Source of the DNA: an uncultured bacterium
GTDB lineage: Bacteria; DAOPZR01
Direction of reading: 5' to 3'
NCBI GenBank assembly: GCA_964637655.1
Contig: CAZWUZ010000006.1
Location: 1 to 35,946, forward strand
DNA: 35,946 bases
The position numbers and the translations under genes are program-made. Below the pieces are notes generated by a model. That model made no database searches. It saw only the letters and a list, made by a program, of their open reading frames with translations, and was not told the DNA's origin. How positions within the stretch are numbered: the first letter of the stretch is position 1; each line of letters begins with the position of its first letter. Below are positions 25,881 through 35,602 of this stretch, in pieces.

Positions 25881-26144
25881 GAGAAGAAAAGGTGCCACTC
25901 TTTCACATTTTCACATTTCATCTTGTGTATCAAATTGTAATTGCAAATGGATACACGAAGCAGTCGCTATTTTTATCCATAGATCAGCGCACAGGTTTCG
26001 CGTGTTTTACTGTCCTTACACGACGCACGCTTGCGGGTGTGAAGAAATAAGAAAACAGTTGTATTTTTGCGTATCACCGACATATCATTATGCCAAACAT
26101 GCGGATGTGAAAAACGAAATGTGAAAATGTGAAAGAGTGGCACC
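25881..26144. repeat. perfect 29-bp inverted repeat pair (25881-25909 and 26116-26144) flanking 206 bp AT-rich spacer; MITE-like or regulatory element
   Basis: Left arm ggtgccactctttcacattttcacatttc is the exact reverse complement of the right arm gaaatgtgaaaatgtgaaagagtggcacc. The arms contain internal ttcacatt / tgtgaaaa direct repeats. Immediately 5' is a 31-nt polypurine tract (25852-25882). Confidence 0.85.
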
Positions 26145-26156
26145 ATAGGAGCGCAG

Positions 26157-26186
26157 TAAAAATGCGCCGGCAGGACAGCCCGGCGC
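26157..26186 (-). terminator. rho-independent terminator downstream of fliD
   Basis: On the minus strand there is a 7-bp GC stem GCGCCGG/CCGGCGC (26164-26170 and 26180-26186) with a 9-nt loop, followed by ATTTTTA (26157-26163). It begins about 20 nt after the fliD stop. Confidence 0.6.
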
Positions 26187-26205
26187 GGGTTTGACGGACG
26201 GAAAA

Positions 26206-27621
26206 CTAATTGCCCAGCTGGCTCAGCTGTCCGGTCAGCCAGCTGGCGGTGTTCTGGAACTTGGCCAGCGCCATTTCGAGATTGGTGAAGGTGGTGCGGT
26301 AGCCCGCCTCGCGGCGCTCGAGAATGAGATCGAAGGCGTCGATGCGGTCCTGCAGCATGTCGATGGAGGACTGCATGGCGTCCTGCTGGTCGGCGAGCAG
26401 CCCGCCATACTGGGTCAGCGGGGTGAGGTACTCATCCATGCCCACCGCGATGCCCTCGTCGTAGCCGGCGCTGCCGTCGGTGTCCTTGGCGAACAGGGAA
26501 CGCACCGCGTCGGGGTTGGCAGTGATCGCCGCGCGCAGCGCGGTCTCGTCGATGATCAGCTTGTTGGCATCGCTGGTGCCGTAGGTGCCCAGCTCGACGC
26601 CGATGGCGCTGAGCGAGGTGTACTCGCCCGCGCTGCTGTAGCGGCCCATGGCGACATTGTAGAGGCGGTTTTCGATCTGCGTGGCGAAGATGTTGCCGGC
26701 CAGTTCGCCCGTGCCGCTGACCGCCCCGTCGCTGCCCAGGGTGATCTGCGTCTGCCGGCGGATGAAGTCGGTGCTGCTGTTGTACTGGTCGACCCATGCC
26801 TTGACCGCGTTGAAAATGCTGCCGGTATCGGTGGCGACGGTGAGCGTGGCGGCGCTGTAGTCGGCGGGCCAGGCGTCAATCCCGTCGATGCCGGTGACGT
26901 CCTGGAGGCTGATGGTCACCCCGGTGATGACGTCGTCGATGCCCGTGTTGGCGCTGCGCGTCACCTCGATGCCGTCGACGGAGAAAATGGCGTCCTGCGC
27001 CCCCTGCAGCTCGGTGACGAAGGTGTCGGGGGCGGAGATGACGTTGAGGTCGGTCATCAGCGTGCCGGACGTGTCGCTCAGGGTCAGCGTGTTGGCGCTG
27101 CCCGGCTCGGCCGCCTTGAGGATGAGGTGGTTGTCGACCACCGTGGCGCTGACCTCGTCCCCGTCAGCGTAGTCGGCGCTGTTGATGGCGGAAGCCACCT
27201 GCGCGAGTGTCTGCCCCGCGGTGACGCTGATGAGTTTGCCGTTGAGGGTGAAGGAGGAGTCGGCCCCGACCGTCCAGGCATCCGCCTGCTGCGCGCTGCG
27301 CACCTGCTGCGCCAGCGCCAGCTGCTTGACCTTGAGGTCGTAGGTGCCCGCGGTGGCGGTGTTGTCAGCCGTGGCGGTGAAGACGGAGGTGTCGGATGAG
27401 GTTGCGGTACGCCCCTGCCAGAGCGAGCTTTCGGTCAGCGCCTCGGATTTTGTTTTCAGGGAGAGGAGCCGGCTGTTGATGTCCTTCCAGGCGTCCTTGT
27501 CCCTGGTGTACTGGTTCTGGCGGTTGACCCACGCGGTAATCGGCTTGCGCTCGACCGCCATGAGCTGATCGATGGTGCTGTTCCAGTCGTTGCCGGTGGC
27601 GAGCCCTGAAATGGATCCCAT
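26206..27621 (-). CDS. fliD: flagellar filament capping protein FliD (hook-associated protein 2)
   Basis: The N-terminus MGSISGLATGNDWNSTIDQLMAVERKPI and C-terminus YRTTFTNLEMALAKFQNTASWLTGQLSQL are the conserved FliD terminal coiled-coil segments. ATG at 27619-27621 has GGAGGGAG upstream. The track start at 27711 is a spurious extension. Confidence 0.9.
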   Translation of the reverse strand: MGSISGLATGNDWNSTIDQLMAVERKPITAWVNRQNQYTRDKDAWKDINSRLLSLKTKSEALTESSLWQGRTATSSDTSVFTATADNTATAGTYDLKVKQLALAQQVRSAQQADAWTVGADSSFTLNGKLISVTAGQTLAQVASAINSADYADGDEVSATVVDNHLILKAAEPGSANTLTLSDTSGTLMTDLNVISAPDTFVTELQGAQDAIFSVDGIEVTRSANTGIDDVITGVTISLQDVTGIDGIDAWPADYSAATLTVATDTGSIFNAVKAWVDQYNSSTDFIRRQTQITLGSDGAVSGTGELAGNIFATQIENRLYNVAMGRYSSAGEYTSLSAIGVELGTYGTSDANKLIIDETALRAAITANPDAVRSLFAKDTDGSAGYDEGIAVGMDEYLTPLTQYGGLLADQQDAMQSSIDMLQDRIDAFDLILERREAGYRTTFTNLEMALAKFQNTASWLTGQLSQLGN

Positions 27622-27658
27622 AGGTCGTCTCCCTCCATGGAGTCGGTTGCTGCTCGAT

Positions 27659-27686
27659 ATATCGGCAGCAGCGCCCGTATACTTTA
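27659..27686 (-). promoter_or_regulatory. sigma-28 (FliA/SigD)-type promoter upstream of fliD
   Basis: Minus strand reads TAAA-N16-GCCGATAT (plus-strand coordinates 27683-27686 and 27659-27666). It matches the class III flagellar promoter consensus TAAA-N15-GCCGATAA/T and lies about 40 nt upstream of the fliD ATG. Confidence 0.55.
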
Positions 27687-27752
27687 TATGCCGGCAGAAT
27701 AAACGATACAATTAGAGCAAAACAGAGAGATATAACGATACAAAAAAGCCGG

Positions 27753-27781
27753 TTGACAGGGCGTGGGCGGTCGTGTAGCAT
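27753..27781 (+). promoter_or_regulatory. sigma-70-like promoter for the flotillin-ATPase operon
   Basis: TTGACA (27753-27758), a 17-nt spacer, then TAGCAT (27776-27781). An A-rich tract (caaaaaag) upstream may act as an UP element. Lies 97 nt upstream of ATG 27878, which has a GGAAGGAG SD. Confidence 0.5.
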
Positions 27782-27877
27782 GAGCGCTGTACCCCAACTG
27801 CATATCCGTACCGGAACGCATTACCGGCCGCCGTGCGCGGCCGCGCCCATACACCTGCTGGTGGAAGGAGTTTCCGC

Positions 27878-29959
27878 ATGGATGGCATCTCGATGGTGAT
27901 TACCGGAGTTATCGGCCTGTTCGGCACGCTGGTTGTCCTGGCGGTGCTGTACGGGATATTGCGGGTGGTGATCGGCTGGACCTACCGCATCCCGCAGCAG
28001 GGGCAGGCGCTGGTGCGCACCGGCGTGGGGGGGATCCGCATCGCCTTCGAGTCGGGCATCTTCGTCTTCCCCATCGTGCACCGGCTGGAGATCATGGACA
28101 TCAGCGTCAAGCGCGTGGAAATCCACCGTGAGGGCTCGACGGGCCTGATCTGCAAGGACAACCTGCGCGCCGACATCAAGGTGACCTTCTACGTGCGCGT
28201 GGACAGCAAGTCCCCCGATCACGTCAAGGCGGTGGCGCAGATTCTCGGCTGCCAGCGCGCCTCGGACACGCAGGTGCTGGCGGAACTGTTCGAGCCGAAG
28301 TTCTCCGACGCGCTCAAGACCGCGGGGCGCGACTTCAACTTCGAGGACCTGCTCAACAAGCGCGCCGAGTTCCGCGACGCGATCAAGGTCCATGTCGGCA
28401 CCGACCTCAACGGTTACATCCTCGACGACGCGGCCATCGACATCCTCGAGCAGTCGAAAGTGGAAAAACTCGACCCGAACAACATCCTCGACGCCGAGGG
28501 AATCAAGCTGATCACCGAGCGCACGGCGGTACAGGCCATCCTGACCAACGAGCGCAACCGTGACAAGGAGCGCGAGATCAACAAGAAAAATGTCGAGACG
28601 CGCGAGATCGTGCTCGAGCAGAACAAGCAGCTGGCCGAGGCGGAGGAAAAGCAGAAGCGGGAGGTGGCCTCGATCAAGGCCCGCGAAGAAGCGGAAACGA
28701 TCAAATTCCAGCAGGAGCAGCGGCTGCGTCACGAGAAGGCGCGCATCGCCTCTGACGAGGAAATCCAGGTCAGCGAGGAGAACAAGAACCGGCAGATCAT
28801 CGTGGCCGCGCGCAACCGCGAGCGCACCGACGGGGTCGAGCAGGTGCGCGTGCAGAAGGACCGCCAGCTCGAGGACGTCGAGCGCGACAAGGTGGTGTCG
28901 CTCGCCGCCATCGAGAAGACCAAGGTGGTCGAGACCGAGCAGAAGAACATCCAGGAGGTGATCCGCGCCCGCGTCGCCGTGCAGAAGGACGTGGTCGTCG
29001 AGGAACAGCGCATCAAGGATACCGAGGCGTTCGCCACCGCCGAGCGCGAGAAAAAGGTGGTCATTACCATGGCCGAGGCGGAGGCGGAACAGGCGGTGGT
29101 GCGGCAGGTGAAGGCGGCGGAGGCGGCGAAACAGGCGGCGGAACTGAAGGCAGAACAGGACCTGCTGGTCGTGCTCAAGGCGGCCGAGGCGCAGCGCCAG
29201 GCGGCGGCCCTGCTCGCCGAGAAGCGCGTGACGGAGGCGACGGGCGAGCAGGAGGCGTCGGCCCGCATCGCCACCGGCAAGAAGGCGCTGGCCGAGGGGA
29301 TCACCGCCGAGCAGGCGGCCGCCGGGCTGGCGGAGGCGAACGTCATCGCCGCGCGGGCGGCGGCGCTGCAGAAGCAGGGGGAGACCGAAGCGAGCGTGGC
29401 GCAGCTGAAATTCAAGGCGGAAGCGGACGGCATCACCAAGAAGGCCGAGGCGATGAAACTGTTCCACGAGGCGGGGCGCCAGCACGAGGAATTCAAGCTG
29501 CGCCTCGGGGTGGAGAAGGATATCGCGCTGGCCGACATCGCCGTGCGCAAGGACATCGCCGCCAGCCAGGCGGAAGTGCTCGGCGAGGCGCTGAGCCACG
29601 CCAAGGTGGACATCGTCGGGGGCGAGACGCAGTTCTTCAGCAGTGTGGTCAACGCGGTGACGGGCGGGCGCATGGTCGATCACGCGGTCGACAGCAGCCG
29701 CGTGCTCGGTGATGTGCACGCGGCGCTCACCGCGGGGGGCGCGGAGGGGTTTGCCGCGCGCCTGCGCGAGCTGCTCGCCCGCTTCCCGCTCGGCAGCGAG
29801 GACGTGAAGAACCTGACCATCGCCGCGGCGCTGGCGAAACTGGCGGGCGTGGCGTCGGGCGCCGACGCGAAGCGTCTCGTGCGCGACCTGCTGACGCAGG
29901 CGCAGGAGCGCGGGCTGGCGGAAAAAAGGGTCGGCGACCTGCCGGGCGGGGGCGCCTGA
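27878..29959 (+). CDS. flotillin-family SPFH (band 7) domain protein with N-terminal membrane anchor and long EA/Q-rich coiled-coil
   Basis: N-terminal TM (ISMVITGVIGLFGTLVVLAVLYGIL), then an SPFH domain, then about 350 aa of Ala/Glu/Gln-rich flotillin-type coiled coil (AEAEQAVVRQVKAAEAAKQAAELKAEQ...). 693 aa. The track start at 27833 extends through the SD and is rejected. Confidence 0.9.
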   Translation: MDGISMVITGVIGLFGTLVVLAVLYGILRVVIGWTYRIPQQGQALVRTGVGGIRIAFESGIFVFPIVHRLEIMDISVKRVEIHREGSTGLICKDNLRADIKVTFYVRVDSKSPDHVKAVAQILGCQRASDTQVLAELFEPKFSDALKTAGRDFNFEDLLNKRAEFRDAIKVHVGTDLNGYILDDAAIDILEQSKVEKLDPNNILDAEGIKLITERTAVQAILTNERNRDKEREINKKNVETREIVLEQNKQLAEAEEKQKREVASIKAREEAETIKFQQEQRLRHEKARIASDEEIQVSEENKNRQIIVAARNRERTDGVEQVRVQKDRQLEDVERDKVVSLAAIEKTKVVETEQKNIQEVIRARVAVQKDVVVEEQRIKDTEAFATAEREKKVVITMAEAEAEQAVVRQVKAAEAAKQAAELKAEQDLLVVLKAAEAQRQAAALLAEKRVTEATGEQEASARIATGKKALAEGITAEQAAAGLAEANVIAARAAALQKQGETEASVAQLKFKAEADGITKKAEAMKLFHEAGRQHEEFKLRLGVEKDIALADIAVRKDIAASQAEVLGEALSHAKVDIVGGETQFFSSVVNAVTGGRMVDHAVDSSRVLGDVHAALTAGGAEGFAARLRELLARFPLGSEDVKNLTIAAALAKLAGVASGADAKRLVRDLLTQAQERGLAEKRVGDLPGGGA

Positions 29960-29973
29960 CCGCGGGCTGACCC

Positions 29974-32900
29974 GTGGCGGAAAGCGCTCCCGCTGTTCCG
30001 GCCCCCGGGCTGGAAGCGGGCACCTACGAGATCCTGCGGCAGCGCCTGCGGGCGCAGGCGGACCTGCTGCGCGACCGGCTCGCGGTGCTCGACCGCGAGC
30101 GGCGTGCGGTGTTCGGCGCCATCCCCTTCGCGCTGCAGTCGACGGAGCGCATCACCACCGCCAACAACTGCGTGCCGCGCGACCTGGTGGCCATCGGCCC
30201 CGACTGCTTCCTGCTCGGCTATAACGTGCGCCTCGGGCTGCGCACGGAGACGAACCTCGCCGACGTTTTCGCCCGCTATTCCTACCGCGGGCACCAGTTC
30301 CACGAGGAGTCGCTCGACTGCCTGCAGAGCGGCGAGTTCGAGCGCGATTTCAAGGAACTCTACAAGTATTACCGCGCGGCCACCTTCTCGGCGTTCCGCG
30401 TCATCGGGCCGCACCTGTACATGGCTTTCCAGGTGGGGAAGACCGCGGACGACCTCAAGACCTTCAAGTGGGCGCTCGACAACGGCGTGCTCACCTATCT
30501 CGGCAACCGCTCCGACCACGAGTTCACCTACCCGCCGCAGCACGAATTCGCGTGGCGGCGCGCGGTGCGCGACTTCCACCGTCTCGGCACGCATCCGCAT
30601 GTCAGCATCGAGGACCGCGTTTTCGTCGAGTGCGTCGGGGGCGACCTGACGGTCAAGGTCGAGGACAACACCGAGACGGGCGAGGGCATCTACACCGAGC
30701 CGGTGGAAAACCGCGACCAGACGCTCGACGACGCGGAAATCCACTACGCCATCGTCGGGGCGCTGATCCTCCTGCGCCTCCGCCCCTTCCAGGAGAAGGC
30801 GTACCGCTACCTCGTCTACAGCGAGAAACTGCGCACGGTGTACCGCGTCGACGACATCGGCGAGGCGTGCGTGCTCCTCCCCGACGACCAGGGAATCGTC
30901 TTCCCGCACGGCTACGTGCTGCAGACGGGCGAGTGCAAGCGCTTCGACAACGATTTCACCGGCATGGTCTACGCCGGGCGCTGCGACGCGCCCAACGGCG
31001 AGGACTACCTGTACGACTTCCTCAACCGCGACACGGGGGTGGATATCGTCCTCGCCTACAACCGCATCGCGCAGAGCATGCAGCCGCCCATCATCTGCAA
31101 CGGGTTCGCGGTGTTCGACAGCGGCGCAATGGTGCTCTTCCGCAGCGACGACCAGCCGCAGAAGCATCACGCGCTGCAGGTCTGGCAGACGCCGTTCGTC
31201 GGGCGCAACGTCGTCCCGGCCGCGGCGCGCACCGACTCGTTCCTCTACAAACTGGGGAGCGCGACGGTGGTCAACGCGCTGGCCGAGGGGCACGAGATCC
31301 TCGCGCTGTGCGGCAAGGACGACACCTATGCCGGTCTGTACAGCGACCTCGTGCGCGCGACCGCGACCATGCTCGACACCTACTTCTGGCTGCACGAACC
31401 GGCGGCGGGCAGTCTGCGCGAGCCGCTGCAGGGGATCCGCACCGCCGCGTCCGCCGCCATCGCCGAGTACGAGAAGGTGGCGCGGCTCAAGCGCACGGCG
31501 CAGGCGGAACTGCAGCGGCAGCGGCAGGCGGTGGCGGAGCAGGTGCGGGCCATCGACTACTACGCGCTCAAGCGTATCGACGTCTTCGTGCAGCACCTGG
31601 CGGGGCTGCGGGCGCGGCGCGGCGCGCTGGTGACCGCGCGCGAGGTGCGCTATGTCGACCTGCCCGCGCTGGCGCAGCTCGAGCAGGAGGTGGCCGGGCA
31701 CGCGGAAAAGCTCTTCGGGCTGTGCGTGCAGTTTCTGCTCGGGGACGAGGCGCTCGCCCCCTATGCGCAGCGCGCGGAGGGGTTCCGCGCGCAGGTGCCG
31801 CAGGCGGCGACCGGCAAGGCGGCGACGGAACTGGCCGCGGCCATCAGCGCGGCGGCGGGCGAACTGGAGATGCTCATCGAGATCGTCGGCACGCTGAAGA
31901 TCGACGACGCGACGCAGACGACGCGCATCGTCGACCGCATCTCGACCATCTACGCCGCGCTCAACCAGGTCAAGTCGCTGGCGCAGGCGCGGCGGCGCGA
32001 CCTGGCGGGAGCGGAGGGAACGGCGCAGTTCGCGGCGCAGCTCAAGCTGCTGGCGCAGGCGGTCACCAACTACCTCGACCTGGCGTCTGACGCGGCGAAA
32101 TGCGACGAGTACCTGACCAAGCTGATGGTGCAACTCGAGGAACTCGAGGGCGCCTACGCCGACTTCGACGAGTTCCTGCCGCAGCTGGCGGCGAAGCGCG
32201 AGGAGATCTACGGCGCCTTCGCGGCGAAGAAGGTGCAGCTGGCGGAGGCGCGGCAGCGGCGCTGCAACGCGCTGGCGGAGACCGCCGAGCGCATCCTCAC
32301 CGGCATCCGTCACCGTGCCGCGTCGTTCGCCGCGCTCGACGACCTCAACGCCTACTTCGCGTCCGACCTGATGATCGACAAGGTGCGCGACACCGCGGCG
32401 AAACTGACCGCGGCGGAGGAAACCGTGCGCGCCGAGGAGATCCTCGGGCGCCTCAAGACCATTCAGCAGGACGCGGTGCGCCAGCTCAAGGACAAACTCG
32501 AACTGTACGTCGACGGGGCCAATGTCATCCGCTTCGGGACGCACCATTTCTCGGTCAACACCCAGCCGCTCGACCTGGCCATGGTCCTGCGTGACGGGGA
32601 GATGCACTACCACCTGACGGGCACCAACTACTTCGAACCGGTGACCGACGCGGAGTTTCTCGCCACGCGCGCGGTCTGGAATCGCGAGGTGGTGGCGGAG
32701 AGCCCGCAGGTCTACCGCGCCGAGTACCTCGCCTGGAGCATCCTGCGCGATGCGGTGATGCGCGGCAGCGCGGCGCTGGCGGAGTGGCGCGGGCATGACG
32801 CGGCGGCGCGCCTCGCGGCGGTGCGCGCGTTCATGGCGCCGCGCTACGCGGAAGGGTATGTCAAGGGGGTGCATGACACCGACGCGGCGCTGCTGCTCGG

Positions 32901-35598
32901 GGAACTGCTGCGCCTGCACGGTGAACTGCAGCGCCTGCGCTTCGCTCCCGCCGCGCGCGCGCTGGCCCGCCTCTGGTGGGAGGATCCCGCCGACCCGGAA
33001 CGCAAGCGTCTGCTCGGGGCGCGCCTGCGCAGCCGCGGCGCCGCCCGCCGCCAGTTCCCGCACTGGGAGGACCGCGCGGTCATTGCCGAGGCGGAACAGC
33101 TGCTGGCCGCGTATGCCGCGGCGGGCGGATGCGGCAGCGCGCCGCCCGCGGCCGCGGCGGAATACCTCGCCGACGAACTGGGCGAAGGTGACCGCTTTGT
33201 CGTCAGCAGCGAGGCGGCGGCGCTCGTTGCGGGCTGTCTCGACGCGCTGCGCGCGCGCGGGGCGCTGGCCGATTTTACCGCCGCGCGCGAGGCGGTGAAG
33301 GACGACCGCCGCGCCGCGTGGTGCGTCGTTCGCGACTGGCTAGCCGCCTACCTGACTGACGGCAACGGCCGCCACGACGCGGCGTTCCTCGACGAGGCGG
33401 CGGGTCTGCTGCTCGCGGGCGGCGCCACGGCGGCAGCCGCGGGTGCGGCCAGCGCTGCGGTGACCGTCAGCGGCATGGTCGGCACCCACCCGGTCATCGC
33501 CGGGGGCGAGTACCGGCTCAACTACCACGCCTTCATGGAGAAACTCGACCGCTTCGCCGCGGTCGAGGTGCCCGCCTTCACCCGCTGCGCGGAGCGCAAG
33601 CAGGCGCTGCTGGCACAGCGCCGCGCGGAACTCCGCCTGCAGGAATTCGTCCCGCGCGTGCTGACGACGTTTGTGCGCAACCGCCTTATCGACCGGTACT
33701 ACCTGCCGCTGCTCGGCGGCAACATGGCCAAGCAACTGGGCACCACGGGGGCCGACAAGCGCACCGACCGCTCGGGCCTGCTGCTGCTCATCTCCCCGCC
33801 GGGCTACGGCAAGACCACGCTCATCGAGTATCTTGCCAGCCGGCTCGGCATCGTCTTCATGAAGATCAACGGGCCCGCGCTCGGGCCGCGCGTCACCTCG
33901 CTCGATCCCGCCGAGGCGCCCAACGCGGCGGCGCGCGAGGAGATCAGCAAACTCAACCTTGCGCTCGAGATGGGGGACAACGTCCTCATCTGCCTCGACG
34001 ACATCCAGCATACCAGCCCCGAGTTCCTGCAGAAGTTCATCTCGCTGTGCGACGCGCAGCGCAAGATCGAGGGAGTCTTCCGCGGGCAGCCGCGCACCTA
34101 CGATCTGCGCGGGCGCAAGGTGATGGTGGTCATGGCGGGCAACCCCTACACCGAGAGCGGGGCGCGCTTCGTCATTCCCGACATGCTCGCCAACCGCGCT
34201 GATACCTACAACCTCGGCGATGTTGTTTCCACCAACGAGGAGATCTTCCGCGAGAGTTACCTCGAAAACGCGGTGACGTCCAATCCCGTCATCGCGCGGC
34301 TCGGACGCGCCAGCCAGCAGGACGTGCAGGCGGTCATCCGCCTCGCGCAGTCGGGCGGCACCGCGACGGTCGATCTGGCGGGTACTTACTCTCCGGAAGA
34401 ACTGAGCGAGATGGTCGAGGTGATGCGCCGCCTTATCCGCATTCGCGACATCGTCTACCGCGTCAACCAGGAGTATATCCGCTCCGCCGGCACCGCCGAG
34501 GCGTACCGCACCGAGCCGCCGTTCAAGCTGCAGGGCTCCTACCGCAACATGAACCGCCTCGCCGAGAAGGTGCTGCCGGTGATGACTGACGCGGAGATCG
34601 ACAACCTGATCTTCGACCATTACAAGAGCGAGGCGCAGACGCTGACCACGGGCGCGGAAGCCAACCTGCTGAAATTCCGCGAACTGACCGGCACGCTGAC
34701 GGGGGCGGAGGCGGAACGCTGGGCGGAGATCAGGCGCGCCTTCAAGCGCAACCTGCTTGCGGGAAGCGGTGACACGGACGACCCCGTCGGGCGCGTCGTG
34801 GCGCAACTGGCGTCGTTCCGCGAGGGGATCGACACGCTCGAAGCGTCGCTGGCGAAGGGACTGGCGGGTGCCGCGGAGCAGCTGCGTGGCGCGCTGCCGG
34901 CCGCCACGGCGGCGACCGCGCCGGCGAAGGCGGAAATGGCGCTGTCGCCCGAAACCGTGGCGCAGCTGACCCGACTGGCGGAGCAGGCGGCACCGCGTGT
35001 CGTGGTGGTGCCGGTGCCGGTGGGTGGAGGACTTGCTCCGGTGTCGCGCGTGGAACCGGCACCGGTACAGGCGACGCCCGCGGTTCCGGCTGCACATCCG
35101 GCAGCTGATCACCCGGCCATGCCCGCGGCGCAGCCGTCGGCGAAACCGGGGGCACCGCCGCAGATCACCGGCGAGTACCGTGATGAGTTTGTGCTGCCGC
35201 TGGGCGAACTGCTCACCTTTCCCGCGCGCACCTACACGCTGCGCGGCAGCAATATCCGTCCCGGCGCGCACCTCTTCGTCTACGACAAGAAACAGCCGAT
35301 CGTCGTGCGCGACGGCGCGTCGGTCATCTACACCCCGCCTCCCAACCCGAAACTGCGCCCGTGCGTGGTCATCGGCGAGGTGGCGCTCGGGTTCCGGGTG
35401 GACGGGCCGCAACAGGCGACCCTGACGCTCGAACTGCGCCAGACGGTCAACCGCGGCCTGCAGGAACCGTATACCGAGGTGCTGCCCGTCACCATCATCA
35501 ATCCCGACGGCACCTACGCGCCCTATGTGCAGCTGCAGTTCCTTGCCACGCCGCAGGCGGGCCAGCCGGTGCGGCCGAAACGGAAGCCCGCGAGGTGA
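29974..35598 (+). CDS. giant (1874 aa) multidomain protein with central AAA+ ATPase module, coiled-coil segments and Pro/Ala-rich linker; flotillin-associated
   Basis: Continuous open frame with strong GC3 bias. Walker A LLLISPPGYGKTTLIEY (nt ~33790-33825), Walker B VLICLDDIQH (nt ~33981-34010) and MVVMAGNPYT (a sensor-1-like block). Pro/Ala-rich low-complexity linker at nt 35020-35165. The start is GTG 29974, the first possible start after the in-frame stop at 29968-29970, so the exact start is uncertain. Confidence 0.8.
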   Translation: MAESAPAVPAPGLEAGTYEILRQRLRAQADLLRDRLAVLDRERRAVFGAIPFALQSTERITTANNCVPRDLVAIGPDCFLLGYNVRLGLRTETNLADVFARYSYRGHQFHEESLDCLQSGEFERDFKELYKYYRAATFSAFRVIGPHLYMAFQVGKTADDLKTFKWALDNGVLTYLGNRSDHEFTYPPQHEFAWRRAVRDFHRLGTHPHVSIEDRVFVECVGGDLTVKVEDNTETGEGIYTEPVENRDQTLDDAEIHYAIVGALILLRLRPFQEKAYRYLVYSEKLRTVYRVDDIGEACVLLPDDQGIVFPHGYVLQTGECKRFDNDFTGMVYAGRCDAPNGEDYLYDFLNRDTGVDIVLAYNRIAQSMQPPIICNGFAVFDSGAMVLFRSDDQPQKHHALQVWQTPFVGRNVVPAAARTDSFLYKLGSATVVNALAEGHEILALCGKDDTYAGLYSDLVRATATMLDTYFWLHEPAAGSLREPLQGIRTAASAAIAEYEKVARLKRTAQAELQRQRQAVAEQVRAIDYYALKRIDVFVQHLAGLRARRGALVTAREVRYVDLPALAQLEQEVAGHAEKLFGLCVQFLLGDEALAPYAQRAEGFRAQVPQAATGKAATELAAAISAAAGELEMLIEIVGTLKIDDATQTTRIVDRISTIYAALNQVKSLAQARRRDLAGAEGTAQFAAQLKLLAQAVTNYLDLASDAAKCDEYLTKLMVQLEELEGAYADFDEFLPQLAAKREEIYGAFAAKKVQLAEARQRRCNALAETAERILTGIRHRAASFAALDDLNAYFASDLMIDKVRDTAAKLTAAEETVRAEEILGRLKTIQQDAVRQLKDKLELYVDGANVIRFGTHHFSVNTQPLDLAMVLRDGEMHYHLTGTNYFEPVTDAEFLATRAVWNREVVAESPQVYRAEYLAWSILRDAVMRGSAALAEWRGHDAAARLAAVRAFMAPRYAEGYVKGVHDTDAALLLGELLRLHGELQRLRFAPAARALARLWWEDPADPERKRLLGARLRSRGAARRQFPHWEDRAVIAEAEQLLAAYAAAGGCGSAPPAAAAEYLADELGEGDRFVVSSEAAALVAGCLDALRARGALADFTAAREAVKDDRRAAWCVVRDWLAAYLTDGNGRHDAAFLDEAAGLLLAGGATAAAAGAASAAVTVSGMVGTHPVIAGGEYRLNYHAFMEKLDRFAAVEVPAFTRCAERKQALLAQRRAELRLQEFVPRVLTTFVRNRLIDRYYLPLLGGNMAKQLGTTGADKRTDRSGLLLLISPPGYGKTTLIEYLASRLGIVFMKINGPALGPRVTSLDPAEAPNAAAREEISKLNLALEMGDNVLICLDDIQHTSPEFLQKFISLCDAQRKIEGVFRGQPRTYDLRGRKVMVVMAGNPYTESGARFVIPDMLANRADTYNLGDVVSTNEEIFRESYLENAVTSNPVIARLGRASQQDVQAVIRLAQSGGTATVDLAGTYSPEELSEMVEVMRRLIRIRDIVYRVNQEYIRSAGTAEAYRTEPPFKLQGSYRNMNRLAEKVLPVMTDAEIDNLIFDHYKSEAQTLTTGAEANLLKFRELTGTLTGAEAERWAEIRRAFKRNLLAGSGDTDDPVGRVVAQLASFREGIDTLEASLAKGLAGAAEQLRGALPAATAATAPAKAEMALSPETVAQLTRLAEQAAPRVVVVPVPVGGGLAPVSRVEPAPVQATPAVPAAHPAADHPAMPAAQPSAKPGAPPQITGEYRDEFVLPLGELLTFPARTYTLRGSNIRPGAHLFVYDKKQPIVVRDGASVIYTPPPNPKLRPCVVIGEVALGFRVDGPQQATLTLELRQTVNRGLQEPYTEVLPVTIINPDGTYAPYVQLQFLATPQAGQPVRPKRKPAR

Positions 35599-35602
35599 AA
35601 CG

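Noticed and set aside
26191-27399. 402-aa plus-strand ORF opposite fliD
   Set aside because: fliD on the minus strand has textbook conserved termini, a sigma-28 promoter and a terminator. The plus-strand frame is V/G/D/A-rich and repetitive.
30468-32090. 540-aa alternative-frame ORF inside the giant ATPase gene (same strand)
   Set aside because: It is an out-of-frame overlap with Arg/Gly/Pro-rich translation. This is a typical +1 frame artefact of GC-rich coding DNA.
27821-33063. Two very long minus-strand ORFs (27821-29719, 29680-33063) antisense to flotillin and the giant ATPase
   Set aside because: Their translations are dominated by L/R/H/G/D runs (antisense of the Ala/Glu-rich coiled-coil). 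The sense strand encodes SPFH and AAA+ motifs with strong GC3 bias.
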